Positions 35,333 to 44,390 of a stretch of 58,934 bases of DNA are shown here, piece by piece (the stretch's first letter is position 1; every line of letters begins with the position of its first letter). Where the stretch lies: positions 1 to 58,934 of IMG/VR virus record IMGVR_UViG_3300044643_000090, one strand, 5' to 3'. The notes below the pieces were generated by a model that was not told the origin of the DNA, made no database searches, and saw only the letters and a program-made list of their open reading frames with translations. The stretch comes from a virus. Lineage: Duplodnaviria; Caudoviricetes. The translations under genes and the position numbers were made by a program.

Positions 35333-36112
35333 ATGCGTGTCCCCTACACCCTCTCTGCCGAAAGCATCACCGTATTTGTTAGCGGCAAGATGCGTACCGT
35401 CCTCTCTGGCAATAAGAACTTCGAGAAGCTGCGTGAGCATCTTCGTGGGCCTGAGCATGATGCTGCCACCATCCTCACCCTGTCTGATCGTGAAGAGACT
35501 ATCCGTCAGTCTGCTGGCAAGTCTGTTGAGGTTATCAACGGCACGGTCTACTACAAGGGCGAGGAGCTTCACAACGCTCTGACCAACAAGTTGCTGAACC
35601 TGCTGGACGATGGCTTCGATGCTACCCCTTGGATCAAGTTCCTTGAGAAGCTGATGGATAACCCATCGTTCCGCTCTCGCAACTGCCTCTACGGGTTCCT
35701 TGACCACTTCAATGCCCCGATCACCCCAGAGGGCAACTTCATCGCCTTCAAGCGTGTTGGTTCCAACTGGAAAGACCTGCACACTGGCACGATGGACAAC
35801 AGCATTGGTAAGGTGGTGAAGATGGACCGCTCCAAGGTTGATGATGATCCCCAGCACACCTGTTCGTCTGGCCTTCATGTCTGCGCTGACGAGTACCTCA
35901 AAGGCTATGCCACTGGCGCAGACAATCGCACTCTGGTGGTTGAGGTGAACCCTGCCAACGTGGTTGCTGTTCCCTACGACTACAACTTCTCGAAGATGCG
36001 AGTGTGCGAGTACAAGGTTCTTGAGGAGATTGAACCCAAAGAAATCCCTGACATTCTTTCCGAGGAAATGTACGACTTTGATACCAAAGAGGAATTGGAT
36101 GATTGGGTTTAA
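35333..36112 (+). CDS. rIIB: RIIB-like protein
   Basis: NPS.RS...LY.FL, ITPEGNFIAFK, VDDDP..TCSSGLHV, VNP.NVV.VP.DY...KMRVCEY. Confidence 0.9.
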   Translation: MRVPYTLSAESITVFVSGKMRTVLSGNKNFEKLREHLRGPEHDAATILTLSDREETIRQSAGKSVEVINGTVYYKGEELHNALTNKLLNLLDDGFDATPWIKFLEKLMDNPSFRSRNCLYGFLDHFNAPITPEGNFIAFKRVGSNWKDLHTGTMDNSIGKVVKMDRSKVDDDPQHTCSSGLHVCADEYLKGYATGADNRTLVVEVNPANVVAVPYDYNFSKMRVCEYKVLEEIEPKEIPDILSEEMYDFDTKEELDDWV

Positions 36113-36182
36113 GATGCCAGAGTTCGTAATGGGTCTTGCCTTCATCGCAGTCCTTGCAATGGTAATGCTTACGGAGTAGAAC

Positions 36183-36398
36183 ATGTACCATGTCAGGGTG
36201 AGCGACAACGGAAAGGTCATTGCAAGTTCTCTCCAAGAGGGGTTGGCTGATGCAGTGGCTTACGGCAGGTCTTTGGGACAGAAAGGGAATCGTATCACCA
36301 TCCATGACTCAGTTCAAGATGCTACGGGAAAGATTCTGGACCTTGATGAAGTTCTCTCTACGTACATTCTTGAAGAGAACCATAAAGAGTATCCTTAA
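36183..36398 (+). CDS. Hypothetical protein
   Basis: GGAG RBS, 71 aa. Confidence 0.6.
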   Translation: MYHVRVSDNGKVIASSLQEGLADAVAYGRSLGQKGNRITIHDSVQDATGKILDLDEVLSTYILEENHKEYP

Positions 36399-36492
36399 GT
36401 ATTATTACTCTTTAAGAAGTAAAAATACCTTAAGGTATACATAAAGAGATAGAGGGTAGCACAAGTCTTTCTTCATGGCAAGTGCTACCTTC
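36381..36492. other. AT-rich block plus inverted repeat upstream of integrase (attP/origin candidate)
   Basis: ATACCTTAAGGTAT palindrome 36425-36438; GAGGGTAGCAC...GTGCTACCTTC 36452-36492. Confidence 0.45.
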
Positions 36493-36508
36493 AACAACAG
36501 AGGACGAC

Positions 36509-37594
36509 ATGAAATACACTCGTAAAGTCAAGAACAAGGATGGGTCTGTCGTTCACAGGTTCGTCCCACCACCAGAGGTTTCTAAGGCTGGTGTCGTTAA
36601 GTCTCAGACCTTCAAGGACGGTAGGGCTGCACGCTACGAAGTCCCTCGTTTGATAGAAAAGGTTGATGCTTACCGAAGGGGGGAGATCAAGGAGGGGAAC
36701 GTAGGACCAAGCTCCAAGATCATCCATGTCATCAACTACTACCTGTCGTCCAAGCAGTTTGCCTCTCTCGCTAACAGGTCTCAGATCAAGTACGAGGCAG
36801 ACTTAAAGAGTGTTTCTCGTTCAGACCTTGGCCTAATCCCAATTAACAAACTGACTGCGAAGATATGCAAGGAAGCCTACGAGGATTGGGTTCAAGCACA
36901 CTCGGTTGCAAGGGCCAATGAGAGGGCGAGGATACTCTCCATCGTACTCAACTTCGCCCGATCTCTTGATCTTATCAACGACAACCCTATGTCCAAGGTG
37001 AAGAAGCTGAGGCACGAACCCAAGACACCGATCTGGACGAGGGATCAGGTTGAAGTCTTCCTCGACACTGCCTTCACCAAGTTCGAGTGGAGAAACGTAG
37101 GTCTTCTGGTGATGATGTGCTACGAGTGGGCGCAAAGACCTACAGACATCTGCCACCTCAAGTGGGACAACCTCGACCTCGACAATGCAAGGATGAAGGT
37201 CAAGCAATCCAAGAGAGGTGCAGAGGTAGAAATGCCCATTGAGGAACCCCTGCTGACCATGCTCAAGGAACAGAAAGAGGATTGGGGTTTCCAGAAGTAC
37301 GTGGTGCCACACCACAGGGCCAGCGATAATGCCTATGTTCCCTTGAAACCTGAATCGTTTGGACCTATACTTCGCCAGATAAAGCAGGCATGTGGCTTGC
37401 CAGAAGAGTTGAAGATTGGACACCTGAGAAAGACTGCCATCACAGAGTTTGTAGCAGCAGGAGTTGACAGCACAGGCATCATGCAGGTAACAGGACACAA
37501 GAACATCGCCAGCCTCAACCCATACATGAGGCACACATACGAGGGTGCTAAGACAGCACAGAACGTCAGGAAAGGGTACAAGGATGGAGCATAA
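36509..37594 (+). CDS. int: Tyrosine recombinase / integrase
   Basis: Catalytic set AQRPTD (R), QSKRG (K), HLRKT (H-x-R region), TGH, PY; GAGGA RBS. Confidence 0.9.
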   Translation: MKYTRKVKNKDGSVVHRFVPPPEVSKAGVVKSQTFKDGRAARYEVPRLIEKVDAYRRGEIKEGNVGPSSKIIHVINYYLSSKQFASLANRSQIKYEADLKSVSRSDLGLIPINKLTAKICKEAYEDWVQAHSVARANERARILSIVLNFARSLDLINDNPMSKVKKLRHEPKTPIWTRDQVEVFLDTAFTKFEWRNVGLLVMMCYEWAQRPTDICHLKWDNLDLDNARMKVKQSKRGAEVEMPIEEPLLTMLKEQKEDWGFQKYVVPHHRASDNAYVPLKPESFGPILRQIKQACGLPEELKIGHLRKTAITEFVAAGVDSTGIMQVTGHKNIASLNPYMRHTYEGAKTAQNVRKGYKDGA

Positions 37595-37775
37595 CAAGTA
37601 TGATCGCAACAAGGACTCATCCCTCGTCAGCATCCACACCCTGTTAAAGAAACTGGGGCAACAGGTGGAACAGGCTGAGTGGGATGGGAAACCCTGCGAA
37701 CACCTGAGGCAAGAGTACAAGACGGTATCTGAGTATCACAGCCACACAGGCAGCAACTTCTACCCAACCTTCTGA
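37584..37775 (+). CDS. Hypothetical protein
   Basis: MEHNKYD...EWDG...YPTF. Confidence 0.55.
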   Translation: MEHNKYDRNKDSSLVSIHTLLKKLGQQVEQAEWDGKPCEHLRQEYKTVSEYHSHTGSNFYPTF

Positions 37776-37785
37776 GGAGACAGAC

Positions 37786-38079
37786 ATGACCAGAGAGAAA
37801 GACGTAGTGGCCTCCATCGTGGAGAAGCTCATCAACAATGGTGCTATGGACGAGATTGTCTTGGCAGTGCTGGAGAGTTCCTTAGAGACCAACTTCGAGG
37901 AGTTGGAGAAGCTGTCCCAGAGAAAGTACCTTGAGGCTCACCACTGGCAGGACTACGCTGATTGCTTGCAGTATGCTCACTCCTGCATCAAGGTTCTTCG
38001 GTACTTCTCTGTGAACGACTACACCGAAGAGCAAGTACGTGCTAATGAACACTCACTCAAAATTGAGGAACTCTACTGA
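37786..38079 (+). CDS. Hypothetical protein
   Basis: GAGGAG RBS, 97 aa. Confidence 0.65.
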   Translation: MTREKDVVASIVEKLINNGAMDEIVLAVLESSLETNFEELEKLSQRKYLEAHHWQDYADCLQYAHSCIKVLRYFSVNDYTEEQVRANEHSLKIEELY

Positions 38080-38486
38080 TGAAAAAACTTCTCCTTGCTG
38101 CACCTGTACTCGCACTTATAGCCTGCGTACCTGATGCACAGATCGCCTCTGAAAACTTGTCCAAGGCCGCTGACATGTTCGAGATTGATCGTCGTGTGGT
38201 CTTCTACAATGGCATCACAGACACCTACATGTTGACCATTGAGGGGCGCTGTTCTATCGAAAAGGATGGTGCTGATGTGCAACTCGAAGTCACCTGCAAG
38301 ACTGGCCCAAACCAGTACAAGAAGCACTTCCTTGGTATCTCTGACAACGTGACGTACTTCGTTGAACAGCTTGAGACTGCTGATGTGAGTGTCTACCACT
38401 ACCGTGTAATCTTCAAACCCCAGTCAATCCTGCCTGATGTAGACTTCCGGGGTGATGCTGGTGAACTTCTGAGCACAGGAGAGTAA
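38079..38486 (+). CDS. Phage lipoprotein
   Basis: Signal MKKLLLAAPVLALIAC lipobox; S.NLS.AAD.FEI.RR.VFYNGITD. Confidence 0.75.
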   Translation: MKKLLLAAPVLALIACVPDAQIASENLSKAADMFEIDRRVVFYNGITDTYMLTIEGRCSIEKDGADVQLEVTCKTGPNQYKKHFLGISDNVTYFVEQLETADVSVYHYRVIFKPQSILPDVDFRGDAGELLSTGE

Positions 38487-38487
38487 G

Positions 38488-39258
38488 ATGATTAAGGCTA
38501 CTTACATAGACCACATGGGCAGTGATCTATCTGTCGTTAATGCTGCACGGGTCAGCTTTGGTAAGAAGAGTGAGTGGGAAGAAGGCACCTACCTCGACCA
38601 TCATATTGAAGAGTTGGGTAATGGTAGGTATGAAGGGGTAATCTTCTACTGGAAGCTATCATCTCGTGACACCGATCTGATCCACTACCTTGCCTCGCAC
38701 AAGCATATGTCCCCCTTCGGTCATGCCTTCGCATCCTTCCACGTTAAGGCACCCATCTTCGTAGCACGACAGCTTGTGAAGCATAAGTTCCTTCGGTGGA
38801 ATGAAATCTCTCGTCGTTACGTAGATGATGAACCAGAGTTCTATGTCCCTGAGGTATGGCGTGGGCGCAGCAAGGACAAGAAGCAAGGGTCTAGTTCAAC
38901 TGAAATCGTTAATGACGGATGGTACCCAGACAACTTCGGACGCTCTGAAAACCCAGCTTACAACAACTGGAGTGGAGAGTGGTTCCCTTGGGGTGATGCT
39001 ACAATGCAGTTGGGCCAGTACAACAAGATGATTGAAGCAGGTGTAGCTCCAGAAATGGCCCGTATGGTTCTCCCTCAATCGACAATGACTGAGTGGTACT
39101 GGTCTGGGAGCCTTGATGCCTTCGCAGATATGTGTCGTCTACGCTGCAAGGATGATACCCAGTACGAGACACGTCTAGTTGCAGTTACGATCAGTGCGAT
39201 AATGGAAGACCTATTCCCTGTATCATGGAAGGCTTTGGTAGATGCTGAACGAGGATGA
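38488..39258 (+). CDS. thyX: Flavin-dependent thymidylate synthase
   Basis: GSDLSVVNAARVSF, H.SPF, PIFVARQL.KH...NEISRRY, ARMVLPQ. Confidence 0.93.
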   Translation: MIKATYIDHMGSDLSVVNAARVSFGKKSEWEEGTYLDHHIEELGNGRYEGVIFYWKLSSRDTDLIHYLASHKHMSPFGHAFASFHVKAPIFVARQLVKHKFLRWNEISRRYVDDEPEFYVPEVWRGRSKDKKQGSSSTEIVNDGWYPDNFGRSENPAYNNWSGEWFPWGDATMQLGQYNKMIEAGVAPEMARMVLPQSTMTEWYWSGSLDAFADMCRLRCKDDTQYETRLVAVTISAIMEDLFPVSWKALVDAERG

Positions 39259-39460
39259 TCTGAATGGGCTGGCACCGGGATTTACAAGCATGAGATGGAA
39301 AGTTCTACCCTACGACTACGCAAGATGCTACACACAGGACTGCCCCCTAGAGAAGACGTGTATGCGTAAGACACCGGGGCATCCTACCTACCAGACAATC
39401 TTTCACCCTAAGCCAAGCAAAGATTGTGACTATTACATCCACAAGGAGGACGACGAATGA
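39242..39460 (+). CDS. Small Cys-containing protein
   Basis: D.ARC....CP....C.R...C pattern. Confidence 0.5.
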   Translation: MLNEDDLNGLAPGFTSMRWKVLPYDYARCYTQDCPLEKTCMRKTPGHPTYQTIFHPKPSKDCDYYIHKEDDE

Positions 39461-39690
39461 TTGAAGATGGACCCTTCCGCATCATCGTAGACAAAGTATT
39501 GGAGCATGAAGATGGTGGTGCTACTTACACCTTCGACATGGACCATGCAGCTACACAATCTATGGCGAACTATGGCCTGCAGCTTATCCTTCTCTGTGCA
39601 GCATACGGGGTTGACATTCAGGATGCCTTCGATAGTATTCGCACCCTAAACAAGATAGAGGAAGACGAACGTGACGGAGCACCCACATAA
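39457..39690 (+). CDS. Hypothetical protein
   Basis: EHEDGGAT..F motif; AGGAGG RBS. Confidence 0.65.
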   Translation: MIEDGPFRIIVDKVLEHEDGGATYTFDMDHAATQSMANYGLQLILLCAAYGVDIQDAFDSIRTLNKIEEDERDGAPT

Positions 39691-41242
39691 ACCTTGCCCC
39701 TTCGAGAATTGCAAAAGCTCTGACGCATTCTCTTGGAACGACAACGGGTACGGACAGTGCAAATCTTGTGGACAGAGTTACCCATCTAGGGGTATGAAGG
39801 GACTGAAAGATTGGGCAAAGGAGACCTACCCTGTGAAGCAACAAGTCGATGTGAGAAGTCTGTCAGTCTCCAAGGTTAGCTACGATGGTATTCGTGGGCT
39901 GGACCCTGATGTGTGCAAGCTGTATGGTATTCAGCTTCACCTTGACGATAATGACAAACCTGTGCGCTATGCCTTCAAGCATACGGACAATGTGAAGTAC
40001 CGTGGCTACGACGAGAAGGTGTTCTGGACCAAGGAGAAGGGCAAGCCTTTCGAGGATTTGTTTGGACCTGAGTTCAATGCTGGCACATCCAAGCGTATCT
40101 ACATCACCGAGGGGGAGTTCGATTCTGCTTCCCTCTACCAAATCCTTGGCAAGACCTATCCAGTTAAGTCACTTCCCAGTGCTGGCATTGGGGAGAAGTT
40201 CGTCAAGAAGAACTACGCCTACCTCAACTCCTTCCAAGAGGTTGTGTATGCAGGTGAACTTGATGAGGCAGGTAAGAGAGCCGCAGAGGTTCTGTATGGT
40301 GCCTTCCCCCAGAAGTTCTGGTATGTCCCCATGTCCCAGCACAAGGACGCCAATGAGTTCCTGATGGCTGGCAATGGGGATGCACTCAAGTGGGCTGCAA
40401 TCAAACCCCAACGCTACACCCCAGACAACTTCTTCTGTTCGTCGTTGGATGTGGAGAAGGCAATCCTCACCGAGAACCCCTACGAGTATGTTCCCACAGG
40501 ACACACTGGGATCGACGAGAAGTGCAGGGGTCTAATCAAGGGTGGCATCACATTCATCAAAGCCCCTCGTGGCACTGGTAAGACAGAGGTGATCCGTTAC
40601 TTCGAGACTGCCATGCTGCGTGATCCTGATGAACGCATTGCCCTGCTGCACATGGAAGAGATGAAGTCCACCACCTACCGTGCTATGGCCACCTACGAGT
40701 TGGGTGTTAATGTTCGTACTAAGGACGATGCCAAGTACAACGCTGTGGACGAGAAGGAGGTCATTGAGGCAGCAATCAAGGCCACCAAGGGTGAACGCAC
40801 CATCATCTTCGAGATGCGTCTCCACGACGATCCTATGAAGCTGTTGGAGTATGTGCGTCTTGCTGCCTCAGTCTATGGTGCAGGCTTCATCTTCATCGAC
40901 CACGTTCAGCGTCTGGCATACTTGTCTAGTGCTGGTGTTGATGGTGCTACTTCCCTGCTGACCGCTCTTGGTTCTCAGATGGCACAGCTTGCCAAAGAAC
41001 TGAACATTGGTGTGATCTTTATCTCACAGGTGAACGAGGATGGTCGGACAAAGTATGCTGCAGCCTTGGAAGAAGAGGCTATCATCTGCATAAAGATTGA
41101 GCGTGACGTAGAGAATGAGGATGAGGTGGAGCAGAACACTACCTACTTCCACGTTGACAAGAACAGGCCGTTTGCTAAACTTGGCGCAGCAGGTTCCCTC
41201 TTCTGGGATTCTGAAACCACACTTCTTCGAGAGGGCTTCTAA
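39671..41242 (+). CDS. DNA primase-helicase (T7 gp4-like)
   Basis: Zn finger CP...C.SSD...CKSC; TOPRIM ITEGEFD; KDANE; Walker A GTGKT; FIDH. Confidence 0.92.
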   Translation: MTEHPHKPCPFENCKSSDAFSWNDNGYGQCKSCGQSYPSRGMKGLKDWAKETYPVKQQVDVRSLSVSKVSYDGIRGLDPDVCKLYGIQLHLDDNDKPVRYAFKHTDNVKYRGYDEKVFWTKEKGKPFEDLFGPEFNAGTSKRIYITEGEFDSASLYQILGKTYPVKSLPSAGIGEKFVKKNYAYLNSFQEVVYAGELDEAGKRAAEVLYGAFPQKFWYVPMSQHKDANEFLMAGNGDALKWAAIKPQRYTPDNFFCSSLDVEKAILTENPYEYVPTGHTGIDEKCRGLIKGGITFIKAPRGTGKTEVIRYFETAMLRDPDERIALLHMEEMKSTTYRAMATYELGVNVRTKDDAKYNAVDEKEVIEAAIKATKGERTIIFEMRLHDDPMKLLEYVRLAASVYGAGFIFIDHVQRLAYLSSAGVDGATSLLTALGSQMAQLAKELNIGVIFISQVNEDGRTKYAAALEEEAIICIKIERDVENEDEVEQNTTYFHVDKNRPFAKLGAAGSLFWDSETTLLREGF

Positions 41243-43116
41243 TGATCGTGTTTGACGTGGAGACTGATGGGTTCCTTGAGAAGGCCACGAAGGTCCACGT
41301 TCTGTCTTGGACACGTGACGGCAAGGTCTTCAACTCTACCTGTTCCTACAAAGACATGCGTGACCTTCTTGAGGAGGAGACGATCCTGATTGGGCACAAT
41401 ATCTGTCGCTTTGATGCTCTTGTCTTGGAGAAAATCCTTGGCATCAGTATCAGGGCTAAGCTGTACGACACGCTGCCTATGTCTTGGGTCATGTACCCCC
41501 AACGTCAACTCCACGGGCTTGAGTCCTTCGGGGAAGACTTCGGAGTACCTAAGCCTGAGATCACTGACTGGGAAGGTCTGACCTACGAGCAGTACAAGCA
41601 TCGTTGTGAAGAGGATGTGAAGATCAACTGGCTCCTCTGGAAAGACCTCATCAAGCGTTTCAAGATTGTCTATGGCAACGACAAACAGTCTATGGACAAG
41701 TTCTTCCAGTACCTGACCTTCAAGATGAAGTCTGCTGCTATGGCTGAACAGGCTGGCTGGCGCATCAACAAGGAGCTTGTAGAGCAATCTCTGGCAACCT
41801 TGGAGAAGGCTCAGGAAGAGAAGGTCGAGGAACTGCGTCAGGTCATGCCACCTGTGACCAAGTATGCTGAGAAGACCAAGCCAGAGAAGATGACCAAGAA
41901 GGATGGAACACACACTAAGGCTGCTATCGACTGGTTCAATCTTCTGGAAGAGCACGACCTACCCCTCTTCCACGAAGACCCTGTGCGTGTCGTTAAGAGT
42001 GTCGAACAGCCCAACCCCAACTCGTCCGATCAGGTCAAGGACTGGCTCTTCTCTATGGGCTGGGAACCTTGCACCCACGACTACAAGAAGAACGAGGATG
42101 GCACTGAGCGTATGATCCCTCAGGTCCGTAAGGATGGAGAGCTTGCACCCTCAGTCAAACTCCTGATTGAGAAGAACCCCGGAGTGGGATTGCTTGATGG
42201 GTTGACCGTGATCCAGCACCGCAAGTCCATCTTCGAGGGTATGCTTGAGTCTGAGGTGGGTGGCTACGTGAAGGCTGAGATTGCTGGCCTGACCAACACA
42301 CTACGCTTCAAGCACAAGAAGCCTCTGGTCAATCTCCCCGGTGTTGATAAGCCTTGGGGCAAAGAGATCAGAGGTTCACTCATTGCTGACGATGGCACTA
42401 TACTATGCGGTGCTGACATGGTGTCTCTTGAGGCTACCACCAAGCGTCACTTCATCTTTCCCTACGACCCAGAGTATGTTGCAGAAATGTCTGTCCCCGG
42501 CTTCGATGAACACTTGGACCTTGCTGTTCGTGCAGGTTACATCGACAGTGACGACTATGACTTCTACACACGGGCAGATGAAGATACGGTCAACGACAAG
42601 GACCGCTTCAAGAAGATCAAGAAGACCCGCAAGAAGTTCAAGCCTGTGAACTATTCTGCAGTCTATGGTGTTGGTGTCCCTAAGCTGTCTCGCACCACTG
42701 GCATGTCCCCTGCAGAAGCCAAGGTTCTTCTGGAAGCATACTGGGAACGTAACTGGGCTGTGAGACAGTTCGCCAAGGATCAGGAGGTCAAGACTGTGAA
42801 CGGGCAGATGTGGGTCAAGAACCCTGTGAATGGTTTCTGGTACACGCTGCGTTACGAGAAAGACATCTTCTCAACCCTCAACCAAGGCACAGGTGCATAC
42901 TGCTTCGATCAGTGGGTTGCACACTACCTGACCAAACGTCCAAACATTGTTGGACAGTTCCACGACGAATCCATCAACAGGGTCAAGAAGGGTGAAGAGA
43001 AGGAACACGAATCGGTTCTTCGTTGGGCAATCAACAAGGTCAACGAGAAGCTGAAACTCAACATCAAGCTGGACATCGACGTGCAGTTTGGTCACAGATA
43101 TTCCGACATCCACTGA
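41242..43116 (+). CDS. Family A DNA polymerase with 3'-5' exonuclease
   Basis: FDVETDG, GHN..FD, C..DV; motif A GADMVSLE, motif B RKKFKPVNYSAVYG, motif C FHDE. Confidence 0.95.
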   Translation: MIVFDVETDGFLEKATKVHVLSWTRDGKVFNSTCSYKDMRDLLEEETILIGHNICRFDALVLEKILGISIRAKLYDTLPMSWVMYPQRQLHGLESFGEDFGVPKPEITDWEGLTYEQYKHRCEEDVKINWLLWKDLIKRFKIVYGNDKQSMDKFFQYLTFKMKSAAMAEQAGWRINKELVEQSLATLEKAQEEKVEELRQVMPPVTKYAEKTKPEKMTKKDGTHTKAAIDWFNLLEEHDLPLFHEDPVRVVKSVEQPNPNSSDQVKDWLFSMGWEPCTHDYKKNEDGTERMIPQVRKDGELAPSVKLLIEKNPGVGLLDGLTVIQHRKSIFEGMLESEVGGYVKAEIAGLTNTLRFKHKKPLVNLPGVDKPWGKEIRGSLIADDGTILCGADMVSLEATTKRHFIFPYDPEYVAEMSVPGFDEHLDLAVRAGYIDSDDYDFYTRADEDTVNDKDRFKKIKKTRKKFKPVNYSAVYGVGVPKLSRTTGMSPAEAKVLLEAYWERNWAVRQFAKDQEVKTVNGQMWVKNPVNGFWYTLRYEKDIFSTLNQGTGAYCFDQWVAHYLTKRPNIVGQFHDESINRVKKGEEKEHESVLRWAINKVNEKLKLNIKLDIDVQFGHRYSDIH

Positions 43117-43128
43117 GGAGTAAGACAG

Positions 43129-43263
43129 ATGGAAAAGAAGACTAAGGGACTAAAGCAACTCACGAAACCCTACAGCATCCCAGTGCGTCTGGCCAAGGGT
43201 GGTAAGGAGTACGAGAGGGACAACAGCAAACAACGCAAATACAGGGTGGCTGGTGAGAAATAG
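43129..43263 (+). CDS. Small basic protein (44 aa)
   Basis: GAGGAG RBS; hand-translated. Confidence 0.45.
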   Translation: MEKKTKGLKQLTKPYSIPVRLAKGGKEYERDNSKQRKYRVAGEK

Positions 43264-43266
43264 TTC

Positions 43267-43296
43267 TTGCCTCTGCTTTGAAGAATCTGCTACAAT
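43267..43296 (+). promoter_or_regulatory. Promoter TTGCCT-N18-TACAAT with TGn extension
   Basis: Upstream of SSB gene. Confidence 0.55.
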
Positions 43297-43320
43297 ACCC
43301 GAATAGCAAAGGAGCTAAAC

Positions 43321-43845
43321 ATGGGAACTCGTAAAGTAAAACTGACTGGCTACGCATACTGGGCCAAGGTGTTTGAAGACAACCGCGACAAGACTGGCTT
43401 CGAGAATGCGCTGGTTGAGATTGGTGGTCAGACCTCTATTGACGTGGACCTCGACAACGAAAGCATGGAAAAGCTCAAGAAGTCCAAGTCCATGAAGCGC
43501 GGTTCGCCAAGCAACGACAACGACGGTATGACCCGAGTGCGCTTCACCCGCAAGTGGACCGAAGAGTATGGTGGAGGTGAACCCACCGTGGTCAAGGCTG
43601 ATGGCACCAAGTGGGACTACGACGAGGATGGTCCGATTGGGAATGGTTCGACTGTGGAAGTTGTCCTCTCTGTCTACGACACATCCCGCAAGGCCATCGT
43701 GGGTACTCGTCTCGACAAGGTTAAGGTTCTGGAACACAAAGCCTACAACCCTGATGGTGACGACGATGAGGAAGAAGAGGTGAAGCCCGCAGCCAAGGCC
43801 AAAGCACCTGCCAAGATGGAACTTGAGGATGAGATTCCGTTTTGA
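43321..43845 (+). CDS. Single-stranded DNA-binding protein (gp2.5-like)
   Basis: YWAKV, IGNGS.V.V, acidic tail ending EDEIPF. Confidence 0.8.
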   Translation: MGTRKVKLTGYAYWAKVFEDNRDKTGFENALVEIGGQTSIDVDLDNESMEKLKKSKSMKRGSPSNDNDGMTRVRFTRKWTEEYGGGEPTVVKADGTKWDYDEDGPIGNGSTVEVVLSVYDTSRKAIVGTRLDKVKVLEHKAYNPDGDDDEEEEVKPAAKAKAPAKMELEDEIPF

Positions 43846-43866
43846 GTAAAGTGTGTAGATACACCA

Positions 43867-43895
43867 TTGACTGTGTAGACTGACTATGGTATAAC
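43867..43895 (+). promoter_or_regulatory. Strong sigma70 promoter TTGACT-N17-TATAAC
   Basis: Near-consensus with TGG extension, directly before HNH gene. Confidence 0.7.
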
Positions 43896-43919
43896 TCCTC
43901 CAGCTTTAGGGAGGTATCC

Positions 43920-44390
43920 ATGAGAGTTTATCAGAGCCTATGTAAGCACTGTGGGGTGCCAGTCTTATCAGGAAGAGTTGATAGGTCTTTGCACCCCCAG
44001 TGTCACAAAGTGTATCACTCTAACATGCAAAAAGTCTGGTACAATAAAAACCTCTCTAGAGAGAGGGAAAAACGCAGGGCCAGCACCCAAAGATACAGAG
44101 AAGAAAAACCCAAAGGCAGGATGTTATCATCTGCAAAAAACAGGGCAAAAAATGACTCTGTACCCTTTGACCTTGCCTTGGAGGACATTCCAGATTGGGA
44201 CATCTGCCCAGTGCTTAGGGTAGAAATGAAAAAAGATACACGGTACGCACCTTCGCTTGACAGGATTGTGCCAAGTTTAGGGTATGTGCGAGGTAACATC
44301 CAAGTCATCTCCCATAAGGCCAATGCCATGAAGCAGGATGCAACCCAAGAAGAGTTGGAAAGGTTTGCAAAATGGGTTCTAAAGAGTTAA
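43920..44390 (+). CDS. Free-standing HNH-type (homing) endonuclease
   Basis: CKHC..C N-terminus; CPVL...PSLDRI.P.LGYV.GNIQVIS.KAN.MK; A-rich; GGAGG RBS. Confidence 0.82.
   Translation: MRVYQSLCKHCGVPVLSGRVDRSLHPQCHKVYHSNMQKVWYNKNLSREREKRRASTQRYREEKPKGRMLSSAKNRAKNDSVPFDLALEDIPDWDICPVLRVEMKKDTRYAPSLDRIVPSLGYVRGNIQVISHKANAMKQDATQEELERFAKWVLKS

Noticed and set aside
41242-43116. HMO-2011-type DnaJ zinc-finger insertion, inteins or introns in polymerase (also RNR, terminase)
   Set aside because: No CxxCxGxG repeats or intein ends; ORFs are continuous and of normal length
43189-43206. LAKGGK in the 44-aa ORF after the polymerase as another GG tag
   Set aside because: Single imperfect copy in the replication arm; likely chance
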